From: a virus | IMG/VR virus record: IMGVR_UViG_3300042446_002028 | Coordinates: 8,785-72,784 of that record | Reading direction: 5' to 3' (one strand) | Length of the DNA: 64,000 nt | Part shown: positions 1 to 9,378 of the stretch, one piece after another | How positions within the stretch are numbered: position 1 is the first letter of the stretch | Layout: every line of letters starts with the position of its first letter | The notes under the pieces: generated by a model | Databases searched by the model: none | What the model was told of the DNA's origin: nothing | The model's input: the letters and a program-made list of their open reading frames with translations, nothing else | Program-made: the position numbers and the translations under genes

Positions 1-341
1 TCGCGACCCAAATAACCCATTCTAACTAATTTATTTGTAGAGCAACACCCAACCATACCATCAACATTTAATCCGTTATTTTTTTGGAATATCTTCAACG
101 CAGCAGATGATTTTTCTTTCCAAGCCCCGTCAGCACTAATGATAATAACTGGTGCGTTAGGACTTAATTTAAATTCATAATCAGACCAAACACCTCTAAT
201 ATTCTTTGCTTTAAAATATTTGTTCAATGCTTGTTGAATCCAGTGCATATCTTCTGGTGAATCGGTACCGCTAAATTGTTCGTTGATTAACTGGTCAATT
301 ACTCTTTTAACCTGTGATTCGGTTAATACATATTTTTTCAT
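1..341 (-). CDS. Partial CDS (N-terminal 113 aa within the window) with a peptidoglycan-binding PG_binding_1-like repeat; possible cell-wall hydrolase/endolysin
   Basis: The reverse-strand ORF starts with ATG at 339-341 (MKKYVLTESQ...). It contains the motif SSAALKIFQKNNGLNVDGMVG, which fits the PG-binding consensus (T..AV..FQ...GL..DG.VG). The ORF runs off the window edge. Confidence 0.45.
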   Translation of the reverse strand, partial: MKKYVLTESQVKRVIDQLINEQFSGTDSPEDMHWIQQALNKYFKAKNIRGVWSDYEFKLSPNAPVIIISADGAWKEKSSAALKIFQKNNGLNVDGMVGCCSTNKLVRMGYLGR

Positions 342-344
342 ATA

Positions 345-677
345 TTACTTTGTTTTTGTTGTTGTTCTAGGTGTTCTAGGTTTTCTTTTATTAGCTGCTA
401 AGTCGTCGGTTTCTTTTTGAAAAAAATCAACTTTAACTCTCAATTCTGAAACCTCACTAGTAAGTTTTAAGATTTCTTGTCTCATCTCGTCTTTTTCTTT
501 AGATGATCTTTCTAATAAGACCTCTAATTTAACAATACGCTCTCGACATTCGTCTTTCATGAAATTTTCAGATTTCTCTTTATTTATGGCTCTCTTTTCA
601 TAAAAACGCCAAGCACCAGTTGAACCCAAAACCGTTAATGCTGTTATTAAAACTGTATAAATCGATACGCTATCCAT
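345..677 (-). CDS. Membrane-anchored coiled-coil protein (N-terminal TM helix); possible holin/spanin-like lysis-module partner
   Basis: A 110 aa ORF with a hydrophobic N-terminus (IYTVLITALTVLGSTGAW) followed by a charged coiled-coil. It lies 3 nt upstream of the PG-binding gene on the same strand. Confidence 0.3.
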   Translation of the reverse strand: MDSVSIYTVLITALTVLGSTGAWRFYEKRAINKEKSENFMKDECRERIVKLEVLLERSSKEKDEMRQEILKLTSEVSELRVKVDFFQKETDDLAANKRKPRTPRTTTKTK

Positions 678-758
678 GTGTTATATAAATACAACGTTTA
701 TAATAAAAAAAATTGAGGTGTATTTCTTAAAATCCCGTTTTTTTAGTATATTAGAGGT

Positions 759-1313
759 ATGAGCATAATCGTTAATTTTTTTGGGGGACCAGGTATTGGT
801 AAATCTACACAATCGGCCGGTTTGTTTACCGAGATGAAAAAAAATCATATGGATGTTGAATTGACATATGAATTTCCTAAAATTATGGCTTGGGAGGAAA
901 ACTACTCGGCGGTCAAGGATCAGTTCTACATTACAGCTAATCAACATAGAAACATCAGTCGTTTATATGGTAAAGTAAAATATATCATAGTTGACTCCCC
1001 AATTATTCTTGGAACCGTGTATAAAGAAAGATACAATGACACACCTGAATATCCTGGAATGTTTTACGATGACACCTTCGACTTATTCATTCTAAACCTT
1101 TTTAAAAAATACAATAGTTTAAATGTTTTACTGAAAAGAGATGACGAATCTTATGATGGTAATGGTAGATTTCAAAATCTAAATGAATCTAAAGAAATTG
1201 ACGAGGAGATTAAGAATAAATTAATAACCAATAATATTCCTTTTATTGAATTTGCTATTAGTGACAATACTCCTATGGAGATATTTAACTATATAAAGCA
1301 AAACAATTTATGA
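759..1313 (+). CDS. P-loop NTPase, putative nucleoside/nucleotide kinase
   Basis: Walker A motif GGPGIGKST at the N-terminus, 184 aa. A TATAAATA-like box lies about 70 nt upstream. The stop overlaps the next start (ATGA). Confidence 0.5.
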   Translation: MSIIVNFFGGPGIGKSTQSAGLFTEMKKNHMDVELTYEFPKIMAWEENYSAVKDQFYITANQHRNISRLYGKVKYIIVDSPIILGTVYKERYNDTPEYPGMFYDDTFDLFILNLFKKYNSLNVLLKRDDESYDGNGRFQNLNESKEIDEEIKNKLITNNIPFIEFAISDNTPMEIFNYIKQNNL

Positions 1314-1942
1314 GAAAATTTTTATTATTTATTACATTATTTCTATTCACATTAACAGTTAACGGTCAAGACGTTGTTAAATTAACACATAAAGCATTTA
1401 CCGCACATTATAGTAAATCTAAACATTATCCAGTAATGGTAGAGTGGTGGATTACCAAAGCAGGGTTAACGTGCGCTGTTAAAGTTAAACGTGGAGACAA
1501 GTTTATTCCTGACCCAAAGTTACCTTCTGAGACAAGTTTACAGGCGGATTATACCGGCTCTGGCTTTGATCGTGGACATAATTTCCCAGCGGCTGATGCG
1601 TCTTGTGACAAAGTGGCAAACGAAGAATCTTTCTTCTTTAGTAATATGACAGCTCAGTACCCAGCATTAAATAGAGGTGATTGGAAGGAATTAGAGATGT
1701 GGTCACGTGAAATCGCTATCAAAGAAGATTCAGTTCACATTTGGGCTGGTTCAATTGGTGTTGCAAAGCGTATAGGGACAACAGCGGTTCCAATACAGTG
1801 CTGGAAGGTTGTGTACGCTAAAAAATCAAATGAGTGGATGGCGTTTATTTTTGATAACAACACAGCCAAAGCAGATGGTTTGAATAATAATAAAGTTGAA
1901 CTTGCTGATATTGAGAAACTTACGGGTTTTAAATTTAAATAA
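1310..1942 (+). CDS. Secreted DNA/RNA non-specific endonuclease (Serratia NucA-like, His-Me finger)
   Basis: N-terminal signal peptide (MRKFLLFITLFLFTLTVNGQ). Active-site-like motif FDRGHNFPAAD, comparable to the DRGH motif of the Endonuclease_NS family. Confidence 0.65.
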   Translation: MRKFLLFITLFLFTLTVNGQDVVKLTHKAFTAHYSKSKHYPVMVEWWITKAGLTCAVKVKRGDKFIPDPKLPSETSLQADYTGSGFDRGHNFPAADASCDKVANEESFFFSNMTAQYPALNRGDWKELEMWSREIAIKEDSVHIWAGSIGVAKRIGTTAVPIQCWKVVYAKKSNEWMAFIFDNNTAKADGLNNNKVELADIEKLTGFKFK

Positions 1943-1947
1943 CCTAA

Positions 1948-2148
1948 ATGATACCTAGAGATTTTGTAAAATATCAAGATAGATTATATTGGACATATCG
2001 TAAAGTAAATCAAGGACAAGTTATTGAGGAACGTATTCAGGATTTAAAAGAATTCTGGTATTGTGATATTGTGTTAAAACAAAAAACCCCACAAGGTGAG
2101 GTTTTTTTATTTCTAAGGGAAATAAGTGATGCTGAGGTTATTTGCTAA
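1948..2148 (+). CDS. Small hypothetical protein
   Basis: A 66 aa ORF with no recognisable motif. Confidence 0.25.
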   Translation: MIPRDFVKYQDRLYWTYRKVNQGQVIEERIQDLKEFWYCDIVLKQKTPQGEVFLFLREISDAEVIC

Positions 2149-2659
2149 ATTTAGATTTTAATCTATCCATCATTGAACCAACACTTTTAATACCAGATAA
2201 AACACCTGATAACGATGGCGCGGCTTTTCCGCTTTCTTTAACTTCTTTCTTACTAACTTCGATTGATGGACTAACGGTCTTAATTGATGAATGAGCGGCT
2301 TTTAATTTATCAAACACCTCTCTTAATCTAATTGATACTTTAGGTAGAAATTCCTCTAATACCGCGGTATACCTAACTGTTTCACTTTGGCTACCTGATC
2401 TTGTAACGGATACAATAAATTTCTTAGTTTCAATTGTTTTTTCACCAGTCGCTTTTAATTCCTCCATAATTTCAGTAACTTTTTCTTTACTTGCTTTGTA
2501 TTTTGGGTCATTTTCAAGGGCTTTTACTTGCGCTTTCAATTTAGTTAATTGCTCATGAATTGCTGAGAATTCATCTAAATGTTTAGCAACACTACCTTTG
2601 GCTTCTTTAGCTTCGATTAGGTTTTTTAATTCTCTTTTGATTAAATCTTCTAGTAACAT
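2138..2659 (-). CDS. Hypothetical coiled-coil protein
   Basis: A 173 aa ORF, K/E-rich with heptad-like periodicity. Confidence 0.4.
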   Translation of the reverse strand: MLLEDLIKRELKNLIEAKEAKGSVAKHLDEFSAIHEQLTKLKAQVKALENDPKYKASKEKVTEIMEELKATGEKTIETKKFIVSVTRSGSQSETVRYTAVLEEFLPKVSIRLREVFDKLKAAHSSIKTVSPSIEVSKKEVKESGKAAPSLSGVLSGIKSVGSMMDRLKSKFSK

Positions 2660-2671
2660 GATTTTAGTATT

Positions 2672-3055
2672 TTATAATAAATATCGTCTTATATATCTAA
2701 CGCAACGATTTGTGTATTTTTGTTCGTTTATCCTGGCTTCTTGTTCAAATGGATGACTTTGGTAGTCATAATACTCCATAAACATAAAATAACCTTTATT
2801 TGATTGTAAATAATGGGTGTATTCGTGAATTACCGTTGAAACAATATCTTTGACCGTAAGACAATTCTCATGATATATTATTATCTTATTCTTTTCTGCG
2901 TCGTAAGACCCAAAATTATCTTTATCCTGTTTGATTAATGAGAGTTTGATTGGCTTTTTCTTTCTCAGGTTTGTACCCAAAAATTTTTTACACCATTTGA
3001 AGGTCTGTTGTGCATACCACTTCTTAGATTCGATATCCATTACTCGGCGTGCCAT
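2672..3055 (-). CDS. Zincin-like metallopeptidase-fold protein (HExxH ... E.EA)
   Basis: Contains VIHEYTHYLQ (HExxH) followed by FEQEARINE. A paralog with the same length and motif spacing lies at 12766-13149. Confidence 0.45.
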   Translation of the reverse strand: MARRVMDIESKKWYAQQTFKWCKKFLGTNLRKKKPIKLSLIKQDKDNFGSYDAEKNKIIIYHENCLTVKDIVSTVIHEYTHYLQSNKGYFMFMEYYDYQSHPFEQEARINEQKYTNRCVRYIRRYLL

Positions 3056-3411
3056 TATTCACTTTTTCTCTCTTTTTTTATTTCTTTTTTTACCCTTTTA
3101 GTTGGTTTAGTGATATCATTAATAGAATCAAAGTTATTTGATATGTCCTTTAATATACCAGCAAATTCATAGTTCTCAATTTCCTCATTTTTTTTCCATA
3201 ATGCAACAATAAACGCCCCTAATTCGTCATCGCTTAATTTAACATGAAAAGCGGTGGAAGATTTTATGAGTTTAAAAACCGCATAAAGAACCGCCGTCCG
3301 CTTTTCGTTAGGTAACCCAAAATAATGTTCAACTGAAATATTACCAAGAACATGGTCTGAAACTTCAATTAAAAACCTAATTATTGATGGGTGATTCGTA
3401 TTTAAATTCAT
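3055..3411 (-). CDS. Hypothetical protein
   Basis: A 118 aa ORF whose start overlaps the upstream stop. Confidence 0.4.
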   Translation of the reverse strand: MNLNTNHPSIIRFLIEVSDHVLGNISVEHYFGLPNEKRTAVLYAVFKLIKSSTAFHVKLSDDELGAFIVALWKKNEEIENYEFAGILKDISNNFDSINDITKPTKRVKKEIKKERKSE

Positions 3412-3451
3412 TTGGGAATACGTTTAAGATAAATACCCCAAACCTTGTTTT

Positions 3452-3802
3452 TTACTTAGCCCATTTTCCTCTAATAACAATTTGTGCAATAATGTTATAT
3501 ACAGATAAATCTTGATACGTATCTTCAATTGCTTCACCAACAGTATCTGGTTTACCTAATAAAACTAATTGTTTTAAACGTTGAACCTTATCGTTCATTC
3601 TGAACCAAAGTCCAGTTTGTGATAATTTAACTTCCTCTGGGGTTTCCAATCTTGTACCAACAGATATGTTATCTGGGCCGTAATTTAACTGTTTTCTACA
3701 AAAAATCTCATACTGTTCTTTTAAGATTTTTTTGAACTCTGCGGTGGTTTCTGGGTACTTTTCTTCGCATTGTTTAATGACTGATGGTTTTTCTTCTGAC
3801 AT
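3452..3802 (-). CDS. Hypothetical protein
   Basis: A 116 aa ORF. Confidence 0.4.
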   Translation of the reverse strand: MSEEKPSVIKQCEEKYPETTAEFKKILKEQYEIFCRKQLNYGPDNISVGTRLETPEEVKLSQTGLWFRMNDKVQRLKQLVLLGKPDTVGEAIEDTYQDLSVYNIIAQIVIRGKWAK

Positions 3803-3875
3803 ATATTTGTATTTTTAACTAAAATAAACAAAAAAAAGGAAAATACCAAATATTTATAATAAATCAAGATTTAAA

Positions 3876-4127
3876 ATGGCTTCCAAAAAATATCAAGAAA
3901 TGCAGAAAAACCGAAAAGATAATATCGGTTCGGACAAACCAAAGCACAAGCAATTAATCCAAATGTTATCATTTAGAGTCGTTCCGGCGTATTTTAAGGA
4001 AATTGAGAAGGTTGCAGATAAGAAAGATGTGACAGTGTCTAAGTTAATTAGAGGTTACATTAAAGAGGGTATGAAAAGAGATAAAGAACTTTCAGATCAA
4101 GAATACAAAGATTTTAACATCGAATAG
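3876..4127 (+). CDS. Ribbon-helix-helix (CopG/Arc-like) DNA-binding protein
   Basis: LSFRVVPAYFKEIEKVADKKDVTVSKLIRGYI fits the beta-strand plus two-helix RHH pattern. The N-terminus is basic. Confidence 0.5.
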   Translation: MASKKYQEMQKNRKDNIGSDKPKHKQLIQMLSFRVVPAYFKEIEKVADKKDVTVSKLIRGYIKEGMKRDKELSDQEYKDFNIE

Positions 4128-4157
4128 TTAAAATATGCACAATAGAATAGTTAAAAT

Positions 4158-4484
4158 ATGCACAATATAATTAGCGAAGAAAAAATCAAGGAAATCCTAT
4201 CTAAGATACTAAATGAGGAAAAAGTGTCTAGACAGGAATATAACCGTGTACAATTTAAATTAGATGATCTTAGTAGTTCGTTAAATGAAACTATTAAAGA
4301 ATTGAGAAAAGTTGAGGATTCACTACCAACGGGGCTAAAGGGTTCTATTGGTGGTAAGTTATCCACATTAATGGGTACTTTAACAACCTCACAAAAAACA
4401 ATATCATCAGTTAAAGAAAAAGTTAAAACCTTAAAAAGAGGGGCTTTTGCTCAACAAGTTGATGAAAAGAAAAACAAGAACTAG
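4158..4484 (+). CDS. Hypothetical coiled-coil protein
   Basis: A 108 aa ORF. Its start region is tandemly duplicated (see repeat at 4126-4168). Confidence 0.4.
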   Translation: MHNIISEEKIKEILSKILNEEKVSRQEYNRVQFKLDDLSSSLNETIKELRKVEDSLPTGLKGSIGGKLSTLMGTLTTSQKTISSVKEKVKTLKRGAFAQQVDEKKNKN

Positions 4485-4861
4485 TTAGTTTTTCCACTTA
4501 AAGTATTAATTTCTCCCATCGCTTCTATGTCTTTAACTTGTTTACCAAGTTCAGTTAAAAAAAACACTTCTTCTGTGTTTTCGTCTTCATAAGAAGTGAT
4601 TAATCCTTTCTTTTGTAATTCACGAAGCACGTTTTCAGCTATAATCATTTGGAGCATACCCACAAATTCACCACTTACGAATAAATCCTCATTCTCTAGT
4701 TCACCATTTATGAACTTTTCGGTTAATTTATCCGAAATCGTTTTAATAGCGAAACTAATATCCATTATTTCATTATCCTTAAAAAAATTTGAATATATTA
4801 ATTCATCTATTATTACATTCGCTTTTTCAATTACAATTGGTTGATACGTAATTTTTGACAT
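4481..4861 (-). CDS. Hypothetical protein
   Basis: A 126 aa ORF. Confidence 0.4.
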   Translation of the reverse strand: MSKITYQPIVIEKANVIIDELIYSNFFKDNEIMDISFAIKTISDKLTEKFINGELENEDLFVSGEFVGMLQMIIAENVLRELQKKGLITSYEDENTEEVFFLTELGKQVKDIEAMGEINTLSGKTN

Positions 4862-4954
4862 TCATCTATTTTTTAACAATATAAGTAAAAAAAAGCATAA
4901 TGAAAAGGGTTCAAAAATAAGAATTATTTACTTATATTAGTCAAAAGAAAAAAT

Positions 4955-6208
4955 ATGGCTAATTCAAAGATTTTCATTCAAATTGCGTCGTATCGAGATC
5001 CTCAATTAATTCCAACAATTGAGAATTGTATCGCAAATGCAAAGTACCCTAAAAATTTAGTTTTCTCAATTGCTTGGCAACATTCAAAAGATGATGCCTG
5101 GGACGATTTATCTCTTTATAAGAAAGATAAACGTTTTAAGATAGTAGATATCAATTATGAAGATTCTAGAGGCGCTTGTTGGGCTAGGAATCAGTTACAA
5201 CAACAATATAACGGTGAACAATACACATTACAGTTAGATTCACATCATAGATTTATTAAGGATTGGGACGTTGAGTTGATTTCAATGTATAAGCAACTGC
5301 AAGCTATGGGACACGCAAAACCATTGCTTACTGGTTATGTGTCATCTTTTAATCCAGAAAAAGATCCAGAAGAAAGACATGCGATTCCTTGGAAAATGGA
5401 CTTTGATAGATTTATCCCTGAAGGTGCTATCTTCTTTTTACCAGCATCTATCGATAATTACAAAGAATTAACCGCGCCAGTACCATCTAGATTTTATTCA
5501 GCGCACTTCGCGTTTACTACTGGTGATTTCGTTAAAGAAGTTCCACATGACCCAAATTATTATTTTCATGGTGAGGAAATTTCAATTGCTGTTAGGGCGT
5601 ATACTTGGGGATATGATTTATTTCACCCACACAAAGTAGTTGTTTGGCATGAATACACTAGAAAGGGTAGAAAAAAACAATGGGATGATGATAGAGCATG
5701 GGTAACTAAGAATGTCGAATCACACAAAAGAAATAGAAAGTTATTTGAGATGGACGGTGAAGTGAGAGATATTGATTTTGGTGTTTATGACTTTGGTTCG
5801 GTTAGAACGCTTGAAGATTACGAAAGATATGCTGGTATTTCATTTAAAAAGAGGGCAATACAACAACATACCTTAGATAGAAACTACGCACCTAACCCAA
5901 TTATTGATGACCCTAAAGAGTACGAAGAATCGTTTTTAAGTATATTTAAACATTGTATAGATGTGTTCCCAACTCAAGTACCTTTTGAGGATTATGACTT
6001 CTGGGTAGTTGCGTTTGAAAACAGTAAGGGTGAAACCATTTTTAGACAAGATGCGGATAAAAATGAAATTGCTAGATTAAAAAATGACCCAGATGGTTAT
6101 TATAAAGTATGGAGAACATTTAACATAAAAGAAAAACCTGTAAAATGGGTAATCTGGCCACATTCAGAATCTAAGGATTGGTGTGATAGATTCGAGGGTA
6201 ATTTGTAA
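4955..6208 (+). CDS. Putative glycosyltransferase (GT-A-like)
   Basis: A 417 aa ORF with an N-terminal Rossmann-like region IFIQIASYRDPQLIPT and a LDSHHRF acidic/His motif. It is the first gene of a co-directional sugar-modification cluster. The call is tentative. Confidence 0.4.
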   Translation: MANSKIFIQIASYRDPQLIPTIENCIANAKYPKNLVFSIAWQHSKDDAWDDLSLYKKDKRFKIVDINYEDSRGACWARNQLQQQYNGEQYTLQLDSHHRFIKDWDVELISMYKQLQAMGHAKPLLTGYVSSFNPEKDPEERHAIPWKMDFDRFIPEGAIFFLPASIDNYKELTAPVPSRFYSAHFAFTTGDFVKEVPHDPNYYFHGEEISIAVRAYTWGYDLFHPHKVVVWHEYTRKGRKKQWDDDRAWVTKNVESHKRNRKLFEMDGEVRDIDFGVYDFGSVRTLEDYERYAGISFKKRAIQQHTLDRNYAPNPIIDDPKEYEESFLSIFKHCIDVFPTQVPFEDYDFWVVAFENSKGETIFRQDADKNEIARLKNDPDGYYKVWRTFNIKEKPVKWVIWPHSESKDWCDRFEGNL

Positions 6209-6905
6209 TAACATGGTAATAGGTAACGGAGCAATCGCAAAATCATTTATGGGGTTAAACCATAATGATTTATGCGTATTTGCATCCGGTGTTTCAAATT
6301 CAAAAGAAGAAAATAAAGAATCTTACGATAGAGAATTTGATTTATTAGAAAAAACAATCCGCGAAAATAACGATAAAAAAATAATTTACTTTAGCACAAG
6401 TAGCGTTGACACAAAACCAGTTTCCAGCTACATAAAACATAAAATTAGATTAGAACACTATATCGAATTTAATTGCAAAGATTTTTTAATTCTAAGATTA
6501 CCAAACATCGTTAGTGGGTCGGAAAACAAACATCAGTTGATTGGTTATTTTTATGATTGTTTAATTAACGGTAAGCCAATTAAAATAGTATCACACTATG
6601 AGAGAAATTTAATAGATGTTTGCGATATTCCAAAAATAGTTGACCTATTATTAAAAACCCCAATTAAAAAAATAACTGTTGGTTTTTTAAATCAATTAAC
6701 AATTAAAGAAATTGTTTTGATTTTAGAAGAAATTACAAATAAATCATTTATTGATATTGAGGAGATTGGTGGTGTTAGTGAAAAAAAATTAAACAATGAG
6801 TTGTTTTTGAAACTAATTAACGAAAATGATTTTAACGTAGACCCATTTCAAATAATAAAAAAATACTATTACCATGAAGATATTAGTTCTAGCGTTCACA
6901 TCTAA
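6183..6905 (+). CDS. NAD(P)-binding Rossmann-fold protein, possible sugar reductase/epimerase (RmlD-like, short)
   Basis: Carries VIGNGAIA glycine-rich dinucleotide-binding motif near the N-terminus. Confidence 0.35.
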   Translation: MIDSRVICNNMVIGNGAIAKSFMGLNHNDLCVFASGVSNSKEENKESYDREFDLLEKTIRENNDKKIIYFSTSSVDTKPVSSYIKHKIRLEHYIEFNCKDFLILRLPNIVSGSENKHQLIGYFYDCLINGKPIKIVSHYERNLIDVCDIPKIVDLLLKTPIKKITVGFLNQLTIKEIVLILEEITNKSFIDIEEIGGVSEKKLNNELFLKLINENDFNVDPFQIIKKYYYHEDISSSVHI

Positions 6906-8043
6906 AATTTATAAAAGTGAACCACTTTATACTGGAACCCCAGGTGTTTACACTGATAGGGCGGATTTAACTAGAAAATTGTCTTGCATGGATACTTGGG
7001 TCCCGAGAGTTGAGGATTTAGGTCACGAAGTAATTTTTTTTGATGGGGGAAACGAATCAGTGTCATATGATGAAAAAAACAAATTATTACATTTAACCTC
7101 TTCAGATTCATACGATTATCATTATTTGGCTAATGAGAAAAAACCTTCATTTATGTTAATGCGTTTACAGGAAGCTGTTGCATGGGCGTTAACACACAAA
7201 GATTTTGATTACGTTTTAAGGATTGATGACGGTTCTTATGTTAATGCGTATGCACTACCAGAAATCACAAATGAAATTAACAAATACGATATTGTGTGGA
7301 GTGGTTATGGTGGAGGTGGTGGTATCTTTTTTAGTAGGAAAGCGTGTGAAGAGTTAATAAAAATTGAAAACACAGAACATCATTTAGAAGACATGGCTAT
7401 TTTCAATTCAAGTTTATTTTCTGGTGATTTCACGAAAAGAACATCAAACAGAATGTCGTCAACATATTTTGTTGGTGAGCAGTTTGCTACAATCCATTAC
7501 ACAACTGGAAAAAGAATGTACCTAGTGGATTATATAATGAGTTCATACTATAACAGTATGCCACTAGAACGTAAGGTTATTGTAAACTATCCAATATTAT
7601 CAACCACACCATTAAAAACAAATACAATTGATTGTACCAATTCAAATACCCCATTATGGTATGGTTTGGATAGAGACAAATATAACTGGGAATATTATGG
7701 GGCGTATACTAGATCCTCACCAATGGTGATACCGAACAGTTCAGAACAAATACCATTTGCCACTCATTCAGTGAAAAATTTATTTTTATACAACATGATT
7801 TACGATGTGACGCCACAGCTAGAACAATGTATCATGAAATATTTTAAATCAATACAAATAGGTGGCACAATGAATATATTCTATAGTGAAAAACATAATA
7901 ATTTGACAAATAGAATATGTGACATTTTATCAGCAAATGGGGTTGGATATCGAAAAGAAAATAACACATTAATAAGTGATTTAATAAAAACTGAATACGT
8001 CTCAGGAAATGAAAGTGGCGTAGTGATAACAATTAAAAAATGA
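6874..8043 (+). CDS. Hypothetical protein of the glycan-modification cluster
   Basis: A 389 aa ORF, co-directional with and overlapping its neighbours. No clear motif. Confidence 0.4.
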   Translation: MKILVLAFTSKIYKSEPLYTGTPGVYTDRADLTRKLSCMDTWVPRVEDLGHEVIFFDGGNESVSYDEKNKLLHLTSSDSYDYHYLANEKKPSFMLMRLQEAVAWALTHKDFDYVLRIDDGSYVNAYALPEITNEINKYDIVWSGYGGGGGIFFSRKACEELIKIENTEHHLEDMAIFNSSLFSGDFTKRTSNRMSSTYFVGEQFATIHYTTGKRMYLVDYIMSSYYNSMPLERKVIVNYPILSTTPLKTNTIDCTNSNTPLWYGLDRDKYNWEYYGAYTRSSPMVIPNSSEQIPFATHSVKNLFLYNMIYDVTPQLEQCIMKYFKSIQIGGTMNIFYSEKHNNLTNRICDILSANGVGYRKENNTLISDLIKTEYVSGNESGVVITIKK

Positions 8044-9374
8044 AAATAGTAATAGCACAATATTATACAAAAAATTTAACTCACGGAGTTTATGCTGAAG
8101 CGATAAATAGAAAATATGCTGAAGAAAATGGTTATGTATATTATGTTGATACCGATAATGATAAAATAGTACAAAAATTAAATGGTAGAGCGCCAACATG
8201 GTACAAGTCACATTTAATTTTAGATGTCTTTAAAGAACATAATCCAGATTATGTGTTATTTCTAGATACGGACGCAATTATATCTGACACTAATGGTAGG
8301 GTTGAACAGTTCATTGATGAAAACTATAATTTCATAGCGGCTAGAGATAATAGTGAGCATAGTTTAATGAACGCTGGTGTGTTCTTAATAAAAAATTGTG
8401 AGTGGTCGGTTAATTTTTTAAACGCTTGGTGGGATTTGGGTGCAACGGTTAAACCGTCTGAATCTAGAAATATACCAATTTCAGATCACGATATGGAAAG
8501 TGAGGGGTATTTCTTAAATCGCTTATGGATGGACCAAACATTATTAACAATAATGTATGAGAAATATGAAGAGTATAGAAATTATATGGGTATCATTTCA
8601 AATAGGTCATTTAATTGGATGAAATATGATGACAATAATTTTATTTTTCACGCATATGCGTATGGTGCCGTTAAAAATCGGACAATTGATTTAATACACA
8701 ATGAAATTTTTAATATTATGATTGAAATAGATAAAACAAGTTTAGCTGAATGGGCTACATTATATCATACTGATAAACACCATTCACATGGTTTTTTTGA
8801 TGGAGTATATCAAGATTTATTCTTACCGTTAAAAGATACAACAAATAAATTTGTGGAGCTTGGAGTGCACGAAGGTGGATCAATTAATATTTGGAAAAAC
8901 TTTTTTGAAAATTCACAAATCATTGGTTTGGACTGTTCATTCACATCTAGTAATATTAGAGACATGGATAGAATATCGTTAGTTAAAGTTAATTCCGCAA
9001 TTAAAGAAGAATTGGAAGGTTTTGCCAATCAACATACTGATATTGATGTGTTTATGGATGATGGCTCACATATCATGAGAGACCAACAAATAACATTAGG
9101 TGTCTTATTTAAATCCATAAAATCAGGTGGTATTTTTATATTAGAAGATTTACACACCAGTGTTAGCGTTAAAGAAAATAATGAATCAATATGGGGTAAA
9201 AAAAATGAAACAATAACATTAGATATGTTAGAGCGTTTCAATGAAACAGGTAAAATTGAATCTGATTTTTTAACCGATGACGAAGCGCGTTACTTAGAGG
9301 AAAATATTAAAGAATGTAAAATTTATAAACTTAAAGCAGATTGGAGCTATACGTCTGTTATTATTAAAAAATAA
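8040..9374 (+). CDS. Bifunctional glycosyltransferase / TylF(macrocin)-like SAM-dependent O-methyltransferase
   Basis: The N-terminal half has the nucleotide-diphospho-sugar transferase motif FLDTDAII (DxD). The C-terminal half has VELGVHEGGS (motif I of the TylF/MycF O-methyltransferase family) and DVFMDDGSH. Confidence 0.55.
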   Translation: MKIVIAQYYTKNLTHGVYAEAINRKYAEENGYVYYVDTDNDKIVQKLNGRAPTWYKSHLILDVFKEHNPDYVLFLDTDAIISDTNGRVEQFIDENYNFIAARDNSEHSLMNAGVFLIKNCEWSVNFLNAWWDLGATVKPSESRNIPISDHDMESEGYFLNRLWMDQTLLTIMYEKYEEYRNYMGIISNRSFNWMKYDDNNFIFHAYAYGAVKNRTIDLIHNEIFNIMIEIDKTSLAEWATLYHTDKHHSHGFFDGVYQDLFLPLKDTTNKFVELGVHEGGSINIWKNFFENSQIIGLDCSFTSSNIRDMDRISLVKVNSAIKEELEGFANQHTDIDVFMDDGSHIMRDQQITLGVLFKSIKSGGIFILEDLHTSVSVKENNESIWGKKNETITLDMLERFNETGKIESDFLTDDEARYLEENIKECKIYKLKADWSYTSVIIKK

Positions 9375-9378
9375 AAAC

